This document shows, in pieces, positions 33,149 through 43,400 of a DNA stretch of 64,000 bases. The stretch is from an uncultured bacterium. GTDB taxonomy: Bacteria > Acidobacteriota > Thermoanaerobaculia > Multivoradales > J023. Each line of letters opens with the position of its first letter. Within the stretch, counting starts at the first letter, position 1. Location of the stretch: contig CBDUYN010000012.1 of the NCBI GenBank assembly GCA_965371445.1, forward strand, positions 10,878-74,877, read 5' to 3'. Position numbers and translations under genes: made by a program. A model generated the notes under the pieces. The model searched no databases. It was not told the DNA's origin and was given only the letters and a program-made list of their open reading frames with translations.

Positions 33149-34861
33149 ATGAGCCAAATCGATGACGACAAGCGGTGCGGCGTACGCCGCGCCGCGCTGC
33201 CACGACACCTCCGCACGTGGACCGCCCTGACGGCTTTCTTCGTCCTCGTGGGCCCCGCGGCCGCGGACGACGGCGTTGGCCGGCCGCGGCTGGTCCTTCA
33301 GATCACCGTCGACCAGTTGCGCGGCGACCTGCCGCGGCGCTTCGAGGAACGCCTCGGTCCCGGCGGTTTCCGCTATTTGCTCGAGCGCGGCCTCCATTAC
33401 GACAACGCGCATTACCAGCACGCCAACACCGAGACGGCGGTGGGACACGCCACCCTCTTCACCGGAGCGGACCCGTCGCGTCATGGTCTGGTGGCCAACG
33501 AGTGGTTCGACCAGGTGACCGGCGAGCAGGTCTACAACACCGAGGACGATCGTCATCATTTGATCGGCAAGGAACCGAAACCGCACACCGGCACCTCGCC
33601 GCGCCAGATTCTCTCCTCGACGATCGGCGACGAGCTCGTGGTGCACGGCGGAGGACGGTCGCGCGTTTACAGCGTCTCGGTCAAAGACCGCGGCGCGATC
33701 ATCCCGGGCGGCCACGCGGGGAAAGCGTTCTGGTTCTCCAAGAGCTCGGGCGAGTTCGTCACCAGCACCTACTACTACGACGCCTACCCCGAGTGGGTGA
33801 AGGCGTGGAACGCCGCCCGGCCGGCGGACGAGTATCGCGGCAAGTCCTGGACGCTGCTCCACGACCGTTCGACCTACGTCTTCGCCGATTCCGACGACCG
33901 GCCCTTCGAGGCGAGCGTCGACGCCCTCGGTCGGACCTTCCCGCACTCCCTGGGCGACGGCAGCTCGAAATACTTCTACGGCGTCCTGACCTTCACGCCG
34001 GTGGGCGACGAGCTCACCCTGAGCTTCGCCAAGGCGCTGATCGAAAACGAAAAGGTCGGCCAGGGCAAAGCCACCGACTTTCTGGCGATCAGCTTCTCGT
34101 CGACCGACTACGTCGGCCACGTCTTCGGGCCGTCGAGCCTGGAGAGCGAGGACAACGTCCTGCGCCTCGACCGGACCCTCGCCGAGCTCTTTGCCTACGT
34201 CGACGAGTGGGTGGGACTCGATAAGACCCTGATCGTCCTCTCGGCCGACCACGGGGCGCCGGAGGCACCCGAGCACATGGCCCGACTGGGGATGGAGACC
34301 GGCAGGTTTCCTCTTGACTGGTTCCAGTCCGTACCTCTGACCCAGGCGCTGGAGAAGCGCTTCGGACGCGGCGACCTGATCGCCGCCCACAGCCACCCTT
34401 ACCTCTACTTGAACCTCGAAGCGATTCGCCAGGACGCCCTCGACGTGGCGGAGGTGGAACGCTTCGTCGCCGACGAGGTCCAGAAGCTCCCTGGCATGGC
34501 CTACGCCCTGACGCGTTCGGACCTGCTCGCCGGCCGGATCGCCGACGCGCCCTTGCAGCACCAGATCCGGCGCAGCTTTCATCCCACGCGGTCCGGCAAC
34601 GTCCACCTGGTGCCGCGTCACTACTGGTACCTGCACTCGGCCAAGGAGGCCGCCACGATGGGGATCGCGGCGATCCACGGCTCGCCCTGGGCCTACGACA
34701 CTTACGTCCCGATCTTCTTTGCCGGGCCGGGCGTGCCGACAGGAACCGTCAGCCGGCGGGTCGGCCCGCACGACATCGCGGCGACGCTCGCCGCCTATCT
34801 CGGTGTCAAGCCGCCCTCGGGATCTGTCGGGACGCCTCTCGTGGAGGTTCTGAATCGCTGA
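33149..34861 (+). CDS. Alkaline-phosphatase-superfamily protein (type I phosphodiesterase / nucleotide pyrophosphatase-like)
   Basis: Signal peptide. LVLQITVDQLRGDLP (metal-binding Asp), HATLFTGADPSRHGLVAN (nucleophile region), LSADHG. RBS aaaggaag before ATG 33149. Confidence 0.75.
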   Translation: MSQIDDDKRCGVRRAALPRHLRTWTALTAFFVLVGPAAADDGVGRPRLVLQITVDQLRGDLPRRFEERLGPGGFRYLLERGLHYDNAHYQHANTETAVGHATLFTGADPSRHGLVANEWFDQVTGEQVYNTEDDRHHLIGKEPKPHTGTSPRQILSSTIGDELVVHGGGRSRVYSVSVKDRGAIIPGGHAGKAFWFSKSSGEFVTSTYYYDAYPEWVKAWNAARPADEYRGKSWTLLHDRSTYVFADSDDRPFEASVDALGRTFPHSLGDGSSKYFYGVLTFTPVGDELTLSFAKALIENEKVGQGKATDFLAISFSSTDYVGHVFGPSSLESEDNVLRLDRTLAELFAYVDEWVGLDKTLIVLSADHGAPEAPEHMARLGMETGRFPLDWFQSVPLTQALEKRFGRGDLIAAHSHPYLYLNLEAIRQDALDVAEVERFVADEVQKLPGMAYALTRSDLLAGRIADAPLQHQIRRSFHPTRSGNVHLVPRHYWYLHSAKEAATMGIAAIHGSPWAYDTYVPIFFAGPGVPTGTVSRRVGPHDIAATLAAYLGVKPPSGSVGTPLVEVLNR

Positions 34862-34934
34862 CTTCCCCGAATAGAGACCTCACCGCTCTGGTACGCTCGC
34901 TCAGAGCTTCTAACGGACCGCTACCTGGTGAGCT

Positions 34935-35333
34935 ATGAGTGACCCTCCTTCCCGCCTGCGCCGTGTGGCCCGCGGATTCTTGTGGACCGTCGCGCTCCTG
35001 GCGCTCGCCGCCGCCGGCTTGCTCCTCGCAAGCCGTCATCCCGCCGTCGGACGGCACCTCCTCCAGCGGGTCGCCAGGTTGCTTGAGGAGACGGCGGGGC
35101 TGCGGCTCACCGCCGAACGGCTCGACCTCCGTCTCGTCTCGCTGCGCGTGGAGCTCACCGGAGCCGCCCTCGCCGCCGACGAGGCGGCGCCGCCCTTCCT
35201 CACCGTGGATCGCTTGGCGGTCCGCGCCGACATGCGGCTGCTGCGCGGTCAAAGCGCCCTGCGCCGACTGGAGTCCTCTGCGGCTCGACTTCGCGGTACC
35301 TCTGGATCGGCGCGAGGGGGATCCGTCGAATAA
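34935..35333 (+). pseudogene. Possible N-terminal fragment of an AsmA/TamB-like protein
   Basis: 132 aa with a TM anchor (FLWTVALLALAAAGLLLA), then ...LRLTAERLDLRLVSLRVELTGAAL..., and then it ends. Followed immediately by a decayed sulfatase 3' remnant. Weak call. Confidence 0.3.
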
Positions 35334-35368
35334 GGTGTACTTCGGCTTCGGCAACGCTTTCTAGGCTT

Positions 35369-35450
35369 AGATCTTTTATTCCGACGCGGGCGGTCGTCGA
35401 GAAGGTGCTCCAGCAACTGCAGACGCAGATCTCACGGCAATAGGACGTCA
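35369..35450. repeat. Dispersed duplicate of the sulfatase 31594..33105 3' end carrying an internal deletion (gene remnant)
   Basis: 35369-35394 matches 32766-32791 (agatcttttatt[t/c]cgacgcgggcggt). 35395-35450 matches 33057-33112 exactly (cgtcgagaaggtgctccagcaactgcagacgcagatctcacggcaataggacgtca), and this includes the sulfatase stop codon. Confidence 0.8.
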
Positions 35451-35553
35451 GGGAAGCGGGAGCCATGATTTTCTTTCCCGTCACCGAGGAGCAGCAGGTG
35501 CGTTTCGAGTGGCCGCGGAGCGGGATAGAGGAGATGCCGCCGCGGTGCCGGCC

Positions 35554-37743
35554 TCAAAAACTGCGCCCGACGATCAGATAGAATTTGTCGCGGAAATCGC
35601 CGGCCGTCCCATAGGCCAGGTAGACGGGTCCGAGCCGTGTCCTGGCCCCCGCGAAGATCGTCGTCGAGTGGCGCAGGTCGCTCAGGTCGGCCTGCGAGAC
35701 GTCGTCCCACATGTTGCCGGCCTCGAGCCAGCCGCCGAAAAGCTTGTCGTGCCAGACCTCGCGGTAAAAGCCGAGCCGCGCCACCCCGTAGAAACGGCCG
35801 CGTAGAGAATCGTCGGGAAAGCCGCTCAAAGAGGTCAGGCCGCCGATCGCGAGCTCGGCCCAGAAGGGAGTGTCGTCCGACGCCCAGCCACCGCTTAAAC
35901 TGGCCATGATCGTGTTGCGTCCCCAGCTCCAGAACTCGAGCCAACGGGTTTCGACGGTTTCGTACTCGAAGTCCGCGCCCAAATCGTCGAGCGACGCGAA
36001 GGCTTCGAGGAACGCCGTCGCTCCGACCCGGGGAAATTCGACGTCGTCGAGCCGGTCGACCCGCGCCAGAAGCCGAATCCCCGCGAACTCGACGTCGGAA
36101 AGGTCCTCGAAGGGAAGGGACCCCGAAGTGACGTGGATCGATCCCCGTCCGCGTACGAGACCGAGCCGGACCTCCGCCGTACGACGGGCTTGCACGCCCA
36201 GCTCGAGCCGGAGCTGGCCCCGCTGGAGGTCGGTCTCCGCGATGGTCTGGTCGTCTTTGTAGAAGGTCGTGGGCGTTGTTCCGGCTTCCGCGGTCACCGA
36301 GGCGAACCACTTGCCGTCGAAGTCGAGCGGCTGGTAGTACTCGGAAGTGAGCTCTCGGGGCCGGCCGAGGAGGAGGTCGGTGCGGATTTCTCCCCCCCGG
36401 GAGTTGAGGCCGGTCGTGAGCAGGTTGATGAGAAACGAAGTTCGGAAGTCTCCGTCGAGATCCGAGGAGAGGTTCAAGCCGAAGCGGAGGTAGTTGGGCC
36501 CCCAGGGCTTCTCCTGGGTGTGGATGACCAGGGCGGTCTTGCCCTCGTGTCTCTCGAGGGCGAAGGAAACCTGTTCGAAGTGTCCGAGGCCGTAGATCCG
36601 GGCGAGGTCCTCGGAGAGCGCGTCGAAGTCGAGGACTTCGCCGGCTTGCATCCGGATCTGGTCTTCGATGATCCTGTCGTCGACTCGCTCGTTGCCTTCG
36701 AATCGAATCTCGTCGATGGTCGGCGGGGTCCTGCGGTGACGCCGGTGACGCGCTTGATACTCCCGGTACTCCTCTACCGAGACTCCGAGAGGACGCAGCA
36801 GCTCCGCTTTCGCCCGCGCCTCGACGATTCCGGCTTCGAAGATCTCCGGCAGGCCGCCGAATGCGAGCGTCCCGAACTGGCTGACTCTCGGGTGCAGCAC
36901 GATGTCCGCGGCCGCCAGCTGCGGCTCCATGTTCTTGCGGATCAGCATGCGGTTCGTCTGGTTCTGGATCTGCACCAGCGAGCTCACCTTGCGCGACGAG
37001 AGAGGTGCCCCGAGGTCGATGGCGATGACGATGTCGGCGCCCATGGCGCGCACCACGTCGACGGGGACGTTGTTGGTCACTCCGCCGTCGACCAAGAGGC
37101 GGCCGTCGAGCTCGACCGGAGAAAAGACGGTAGGGATGGCCATCGAGGCCCGCATCGCGGTGGCGAGGTTGCCTTTCGCCAGCACCGCGGGCTCGCCCAC
37201 CTGGATGTCGGTGGCCACCGCCCGGTAGGGGATCGGAAGCTGGTCGAAATCGCTGACGTCGGCCACCGGCAGGGTCAGGGACTGGAGGAGGAAGAAGAGC
37301 TTCTGACCCTCCAGGAGGCCGCTCGGCCATTGGAGCTTCCACTTCTTGACGCCCGCCTCGAAGTCGAGGAGGTAGCGCTGGGAGTCTTCCTTGCGCCGGA
37401 AGGAGAGGTCCTGCCGGGAGGTCTGGTCCTGCATGGCGTCGCTCCAGTCGACGGCGAAGAGGACCTCTTTCAGCTCCTCGGCGCTCATGCCCGAGGCGTA
37501 GAGCCCGCCCATGATGGAGCCCATGCTGGTCCCCGCGACGTAGTCGACCGGGATGCGCAGCTCCTCCAAGACCAGGAGCACCCCGATGTGGGCGCCGCCC
37601 TTGGCGCCGCCGCCGCCGAAAGCGATGCCGATCTTCGGGCGCTCACCGTCGTCTCCCGCGGCCGGATTCGGCACGAGGAGCAGCAAGAGCAGCAGCGGTA
37701 GGGTTCGCCTCCGGGAGGACGCCGTTCGTCGTCTTAAGGACAT
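35554..37743 (-). CDS. PlpD-like patatin phospholipase fused to POTRA / Omp85 beta-barrel (type Vd secretion architecture)
   Basis: 729 aa. Signal peptide. Patatin motifs GIAFGGGGAKGGAHIGVL and GTSMGSIMGG (GxSxG). A catalytic Asp region later. C-terminal beta-barrel ending ...FYLIVGRSF. Confidence 0.75.
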   Translation of the reverse strand: MSLRRRTASSRRRTLPLLLLLLLVPNPAAGDDGERPKIGIAFGGGGAKGGAHIGVLLVLEELRIPVDYVAGTSMGSIMGGLYASGMSAEELKEVLFAVDWSDAMQDQTSRQDLSFRRKEDSQRYLLDFEAGVKKWKLQWPSGLLEGQKLFFLLQSLTLPVADVSDFDQLPIPYRAVATDIQVGEPAVLAKGNLATAMRASMAIPTVFSPVELDGRLLVDGGVTNNVPVDVVRAMGADIVIAIDLGAPLSSRKVSSLVQIQNQTNRMLIRKNMEPQLAAADIVLHPRVSQFGTLAFGGLPEIFEAGIVEARAKAELLRPLGVSVEEYREYQARHRRHRRTPPTIDEIRFEGNERVDDRIIEDQIRMQAGEVLDFDALSEDLARIYGLGHFEQVSFALERHEGKTALVIHTQEKPWGPNYLRFGLNLSSDLDGDFRTSFLINLLTTGLNSRGGEIRTDLLLGRPRELTSEYYQPLDFDGKWFASVTAEAGTTPTTFYKDDQTIAETDLQRGQLRLELGVQARRTAEVRLGLVRGRGSIHVTSGSLPFEDLSDVEFAGIRLLARVDRLDDVEFPRVGATAFLEAFASLDDLGADFEYETVETRWLEFWSWGRNTIMASLSGGWASDDTPFWAELAIGGLTSLSGFPDDSLRGRFYGVARLGFYREVWHDKLFGGWLEAGNMWDDVSQADLSDLRHSTTIFAGARTRLGPVYLAYGTAGDFRDKFYLIVGRSF

Positions 37744-37989
37744 TGAGCTTCTCCGTGAGTGACCAGACGGCGGAAGTTGCTTGGCGCTCAGAGCTCCAGA
37801 CGTCCGGACATTACAGGACGGGACACCCGATGACCAGGGTTTCGGGGGTCTTCGAGCGTGTCGCCACCACAGCCGAGAAACGCGGAGACCTCGGCTCGAC
37901 GGTGGTCTTCGACGTCGAGGAGAAGCCGCGCTACCTGGTGGCCTACGGCGTCCGCAGGGAGGAGGCCGAAGGCCTGTTGCTGGGAGCGC

Positions 37990-40353
37990 TCAGCCGCCCC
38001 GGCGTCCGCCGAGGCGTCCGCCGCCCATGCGGCCACCGCCCATCGAGCGTCCGCGTGAGCCGCTCGAGTAGCCGCCCTGCGAGCGCCAGTTGTCGTAGCG
38101 TCCGCTGTTGACGTTGCCACGCTGGCGACCCGACTGGCTCCGGTTGAGGTCGCGGATGACATCGCTCGAGCCGCGCGAGCCGGCACGGTCGCGTACCGCG
38201 TCGCGCTGAGCGTCGCTGAGCCCCGAGCCGGCACGGTCCCGCACGGCGTCGCGTTGCTCCGGCGACAGCCCGTCGCTGACCTTGTCCCAGCCGCCACCCT
38301 TGCCGCCGTGCTTGTACCAGCCGTCGTCGCCGCGGCGATAGACGTCACCGTCACGGCCGACGTAGAGGTCGTCCTTGCCGCGCACGAATCCGGCCCGCCC
38401 GTCGCCCGTGTCGACGACCCCGCCGGCGCGTCCGCTCGAGTCGCGAAAGCCGCGGACGCTGCCCCGGGCGTCGCTGTAGTAGCCCGACTTGAGCCACTGG
38501 TCGCCGCGCGAGACGACACCCTGGCCCCAGCTCCCGTAGGCGTCGTAGGAACGGTAGCCCGCCGCTCCCACGCCGGTGCGCGGGTTGAAGGCGGCACCGT
38601 AGGCGGAACCGCCGCCCGCGCCGTAGGCGTAGCCGCCGCGGGCGTAGGTCCCGGTCGTCGGGTTGTAGGATGCGCCGAAGCCGGCGCCCCCGTAAGGACC
38701 GTAGTAGGCGTAGCCGCGGCCGTAGAACCCGGTCGACGGGTTGTACCAAGCACCGGCACCGTAGGTGTAGGGGTAGGAGTAGTAGATCGGATAGGGGTAG
38801 TAGAACGGATCGTAGTAGTAGTAGGGCGAGTAGTAATAACCCGTCCCCCAGACCACGCAGCCCCAGGAAACGTAGACGCCCATGTAGCCCGGCGTGTAGC
38901 CGTAGACCACCGTCTCAGGCGTCGAGTCGTAGGCGTAGACGTAGGTCGTGTGGTGGACCGGCGACTCCGACGGGATCGAGTAGATCTCCTTGGGGACTTC
39001 CGGGGCGACCGTCCACGGTCCCGTCGGGGCCGCGGCGAGGAACCACACACCCTTTTGACAGAGGTAGTAGGAGTCGTCGCCGACGCGGATGACGTCGGAG
39101 GCGGTGTTGATGGCGTAGGCGAGCTCCGTGCCCTCGATGTCCCGGAACTCGGGGTCGCCGACGTACTCGACCTTCACCTCCTTGGGCGCGTCCTCGCGGC
39201 TGACCACGGCGACGGTCGGGATCTGCGCCTGGAGGATCGCCTCCTCGGCCTGCGGCGTCCCCGGCACCGACGCCAGGACCGCTCCCTTGGCGTGGTCCTC
39301 GGGGATGTCGGCGAAGCCGTCGGGGAGCTTGCCGGTAGCCGCCGACCAGTCCCCTTCGAGGTCGTCGTTCTTGAACCAGCGGCCCGCCACCAGGTAGTAG
39401 TAGTGGCCGTCGTCGATGTGGCGGAAGAGATCCACCTCGGTGTTCTCGACGAAGAGGACCGGCGTGTCGGGGACCGGCACCAGCTTGGGCTCGCCTTCGA
39501 TCACGATGAGCTCGGCGGGCGCGGTGGAGACGAAGACCGCGGGGACGTTCTTCGGCGAGATCTTGGTGCCGGGGACGTGGATCCTCACCTGGCGGAAGTT
39601 GTCGTTCATAGGAAGCTTCTTGAACGCCTTGGGGAGCTTCTTGGCGGCGCTCCAGGGACCCTGGAGCGCCGGGGCGGTGAGCCAGCCCGTCTCCTTGCGG
39701 AGATAGAGGGTGGTCTTGCCCTTCTCGTACTGGAAGAGGTCCCAGTTGGTATTCGCGGCGTAGCTTAAGTCGTCGACGCCCGAGGGGATCCAGGCCGGGT
39801 CGCCGTTGACGTTGACCAAAACCGCCGGCTTCGTGCTCACGAAGATGGCCGGCGGCTTGTCGTTGAGCTCGACCTTGCGGCCCTGGACCTCCGACTTCGA
39901 GATCCCGGCGAGGACCCTGTCGAGCGACACGGCGATCGGTTTCTCAGGGAACGTCGAGCGGACAATTTCCCGGACTCGTTCCGGGGAGGTGCCGTCGATC
40001 TCCGGGATGCGGATCTCGGCGAGCTCGAGGTCGTGGATGAAGACGGTCCGGGTATCCATGTGGGTGTCGGTCTTCGCCACCAGCTTGACCGCTCCGGCGA
40101 CGCCCTCCTCGGCACCCGGCGCGGTGAGCATCACGGCCGCGTAGGCCTCCATCCTGAGGTAGTCGTCCCAGCTCCGGATCTGGGGCTGGTAGACGACGAG
40201 GCGGTAGTCCTCGCCGGTGAATTCCCGGGGCCAGCCGAGGTTGGGCCGGGCCTCGGCAGCGTCGGCCGGCGCGGTTTCTTCCTCGGAGAGGAGGGGAAAA
40301 GCTCCTGCCACGAGCAGGGCGAAGAGAAGAAGGGTGAGAGCTCTGCGGATCAT
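37990..40353 (-). CDS. Orphan paralogue of module gene C (787 aa, secreted, Tyr/Pro/Gly-rich region and RGG tail)
   Basis: Signal peptide (MIRRALTLLLFALLVAGAFPLLS). Collinear similarity to 13533..16010 throughout (NTNWDLFQYEKGKTTLYL; DLFRHIDDGHYYYLVAGRWF; YNPSTGFYGRGYAYYGPYGGAG...). Tail ...GGGRMGGGRLGGRRGG. Confidence 0.7.
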   Translation of the reverse strand: MIRRALTLLLFALLVAGAFPLLSEEETAPADAAEARPNLGWPREFTGEDYRLVVYQPQIRSWDDYLRMEAYAAVMLTAPGAEEGVAGAVKLVAKTDTHMDTRTVFIHDLELAEIRIPEIDGTSPERVREIVRSTFPEKPIAVSLDRVLAGISKSEVQGRKVELNDKPPAIFVSTKPAVLVNVNGDPAWIPSGVDDLSYAANTNWDLFQYEKGKTTLYLRKETGWLTAPALQGPWSAAKKLPKAFKKLPMNDNFRQVRIHVPGTKISPKNVPAVFVSTAPAELIVIEGEPKLVPVPDTPVLFVENTEVDLFRHIDDGHYYYLVAGRWFKNDDLEGDWSAATGKLPDGFADIPEDHAKGAVLASVPGTPQAEEAILQAQIPTVAVVSREDAPKEVKVEYVGDPEFRDIEGTELAYAINTASDVIRVGDDSYYLCQKGVWFLAAAPTGPWTVAPEVPKEIYSIPSESPVHHTTYVYAYDSTPETVVYGYTPGYMGVYVSWGCVVWGTGYYYSPYYYYDPFYYPYPIYYSYPYTYGAGAWYNPSTGFYGRGYAYYGPYGGAGFGASYNPTTGTYARGGYAYGAGGGSAYGAAFNPRTGVGAAGYRSYDAYGSWGQGVVSRGDQWLKSGYYSDARGSVRGFRDSSGRAGGVVDTGDGRAGFVRGKDDLYVGRDGDVYRRGDDGWYKHGGKGGGWDKVSDGLSPEQRDAVRDRAGSGLSDAQRDAVRDRAGSRGSSDVIRDLNRSQSGRQRGNVNSGRYDNWRSQGGYSSGSRGRSMGGGRMGGGRLGGRRGG

Positions 40354-40440
40354 TGCTGGTCTCCTGGGTGTAGGTCTTGAAGCTGGCCGGAGGGTCGAAG
40401 GGCCAGGGAAGAGAGTATTGCGGAATCACTGTAACGGAAA

Positions 40441-40463
40441 AATGAGACCTTGGTCCTATGGCG
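40441..40463. promoter_or_regulatory. Conserved 19-bp motif AATGAGACCTTGGTCCTAT with palindromic arms (GGACC/GGTCC-like), upstream of the orphan module gene C''
   Basis: Near-identical copy (AATGGGACCTTGGTCCTAC) at 51362-51380, upstream of the single-domain response-regulator gene. A degenerate relative (GACCAAAGTCCTATGG) at 54242-54257 in the divergent DUF4136 / module-2 promoter region. Confidence 0.3.
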
Positions 40464-43400
40464 GGCCCAATTCCTCGAACGACGCCTCGACAAGCGTCAG
40501 CCGTAGCCGCACGGGCATCCCGGCCGCCGCTTCGAGCCGCTGGCGGGCGGTTTCGAACCTCTCCGGATCGAGCTCTTCGTCAGTGTAGATCGTCCCCTCG
40601 ACCACCAGCTCGTCGCCCCAGCTTTGCACCGAGAGATTCTCGACTCGCAGCTCCTGGTCGGCACGTCGCAACTGCGAGAGGATCAACGCCTCCAGACGGT
40701 GGGTCTGGATCGAGGTTCGTGTCTGAAAGCCCAGGGGGATGGCGACGAGGACGATCGCCACGGCCGCCCACAGGATGGCGCGCCGCGCCGCCCGGTCGCG
40801 CCCCGTACGGGACGGACGGAAGCCGAGCAGCAAGAAGATGAGAGCGCCGACCAGGACGATGCCGGCGAAGTTGGTGAGGAAGAGCAGCAAGGCGCCGCCG
40901 CCCAGGCGGAAGTTGGACGAGCCCAGGCCCCAGCCGGCGACGCAGAGCGGCGGCACCAGGGCGACGCTGATCGCCACCCCGGGCAAGGCCGCCGCCACCG
41001 ACTTGCGGCTGACTCCGTAGGCCGCCGCCGCCCCGGCCATCACCGCCACCAGGAGGTCGAGGAGGCTCGGCTCGCCGCGCGCCAGCATCTCGTGCGTCGG
41101 TGGACGCGGCGGTAAGAGCAGCGCCGAGGCCGTCCCCACGGCGAGGGCCACCGCGACCCCCTTGAAGGCGGAGGAGGCACCGCGGCGGATCAGCCGTACG
41201 TTGCCCTGGACGATGCCTTGTCCCACGGCGAGGATCGGGCTCATGAGCGGCGCCACCAGCATCGCGCCGATGATGACCGCGCCGCTGTCCAAGATGAGCC
41301 CCAACGAGGCGATGGCCGAGGCCAGGAAGATCAGGACGTAGTAGTCGACGCCGGCCCGCGCCGACTGGCGCATCTGCGCGAAGACCTCGGAGCGCTCGCG
41401 GACCGAGAGCGTCGGCAGTGGGCTCGAGACGAGCTCCCAGAGCCGACGCAACCAGTATCCCGAGACCCGCTCCGCCCTCTTGACGACGACGGTCGCCGCT
41501 TCCCGTCCCGCGGCGACTTCGGCCGGCAATCCGCCGAGGACCGTGCGCTGGAGGAGCCGGTCGACCGAAGCGCCGAGGAGCAGGACGTCGGTCCCCGCGG
41601 CCGAGTGAAGGATGCCCTGGGCGGCGTCGACGGCATCGACGACGAGGGGTTCCGCGGGCCCCGGCCGTGCCGTGCGGGTCTTCGCCACCGCCTCCCGGGC
41701 TTCTCGCTCCGCGCCCCGGGCGTCGACTCCGAGCACCGTGAGCCGGGCGTCGTAGACGGCGGCGAGGGCCTCGCCGAGCTCGAGGGCGACCGGGGCGTGA
41801 GGTCCGCCGGCCGTCGCCACCATCACCTCTTCGGCGGTGTCCGGCAGCAGGGAGTGGAGCACTGCCACGCTACGATGCGTCGCCGGGAAGACCTCCTCGA
41901 CCACGGCCTCGTGCTCGCCCTCGACTCCCGCGGCCGGCCAGCCCAGGAGGAGGAAGTCGACCCGGTTCTCGGCCGCGGTGGCGAGAATGCCCGCGTTCGG
42001 CGACGGCGCGATGCGCACCAGCGGACGGACCGGCGTTTCGTCTTTCCGCGCGCTCCCGATCAGCTTCTCGAGGTCTTGCCACACCTCGGCGGCCGTTTCG
42101 CGGATCTCGTCGAGCGGTACTTTCTCGTCGAGCGGTACGACCTGCAGCACCAGGAGCTCACCGCCGCGCGAACGCGCCAGGGCCGTCCCGAGCCGGATCA
42201 GCGACGCGGTCGCCGCCGGCTCGCCGCCGACGCTCGCCAGGACCCGATAGACCTCCGGCTCGTCCGGGTCGACCTCGCCACGGCCGCCGCGGTCGACCAG
42301 GTACGTCCGCTGATGGAGCGCCACCACGCGATGGCGTGCGTAGGTCCAGAAGACGAGGCCGCCCAGAAGCCCCCAGCCGAGTCCCAGCGCGAGGCTCGTC
42401 CGGGGCAGGATGAGCGCGAAGAAAACGGCGCTCGCCGCCGCCAGCCCCGGCACTAGCGGATGGAGCGGCAACCGAGGACGCCGGCCGGACGACAGCTCCC
42501 CGGCCGGACGACGGAGATGGGGCCAGAGAACCAGGAAGCCTGTCAACAGGGCGAGGAAGCTGGCGACGCCGGCGAGGTCCAGCCGGGGCAAGGCCGTGCA
42601 AAGGGCCGCGAACAGAAAGAAGAAGAAGAGCGGTCGCCGCAACGCGCCAAGCCCCTCGAGCGAGACCAGCCACCGCGGCAGGAGGCCGTCGCGGGCCATG
42701 GCCCGCACGACCCGTACGCCGCGTTCCAGGGCGCGCTGGAGGCCGAGCCCGCAGAGCAGGACCGTGGTGACGTTCAGCAAGAGCACCAGGCGGTTTTCGT
42801 CCCACGAGACCTGGGAGAGGAAGCTTTCCCGGTCGGTCAGGATCTCCGAGTGGCGCAGGACGAGGAAAGCCGCCGGCGCTCCCAGCAGAGCGACCGGAAG
42901 CCAGGCCACCAGCAACGCCCGAGGGAGTGTCTTCGAGGGCTGCCGGAGCTGTCCGCGCAGATCGAGGATCAGCTCAAGACCCCAGAGCCCGGCCCCCAGG
43001 AGCGCGACGCTCGCCAGCCAGTGGCGTTGGGAGTCGACGTCGATCTCCATGCCGAGGTTCGACGCCGGGCGGGTGAACCCCCATGCCGTCATCGCGGCCA
43101 GCGCGACGAGCGCTCCCCAGAGGAGGATCGCCTGCCGGCGCCAGCTGCGGCGGAAGCTGAGGAGATTGTGGAGCGTGAAACCCCCCAGGACCGCGAGCGC
43201 CAGCACTCCGGTTTCGTACCGTGCCCCGAAGAGCAGCTGGAAACCGACTTCGAGACGGTAAGCGACGCCCCAGGCGAGAAGCGCCGTCACCGTCGAGTAG
43301 CCGCCGAGGAGCAACCAGCCGGCGAAGAAGAGCCCTTTCGCCGAGCCGCTGGCGCGAGCGACCTTGTAGACGCTGGCGCTGCCGTGTAGCTCGCAAGAGC

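Noticed and set aside
31615-34771. Reverse-strand ORFs 31615..33078 (487 aa) and 33110..34771 (553 aa)
   Set aside because: Exactly antisense to the sulfatase and alkaline-phosphatase-family genes, which carry diagnostic active-site motifs.
35432-39050. Reverse or alternative-frame ORFs 35432..37342 (636 aa), 37788..39050 (420 aa), 38254..39768 (504 aa)
   Set aside because: Overlap the PlpD and C'' genes. Translations are Arg/Pro/Thr low-complexity without domains.
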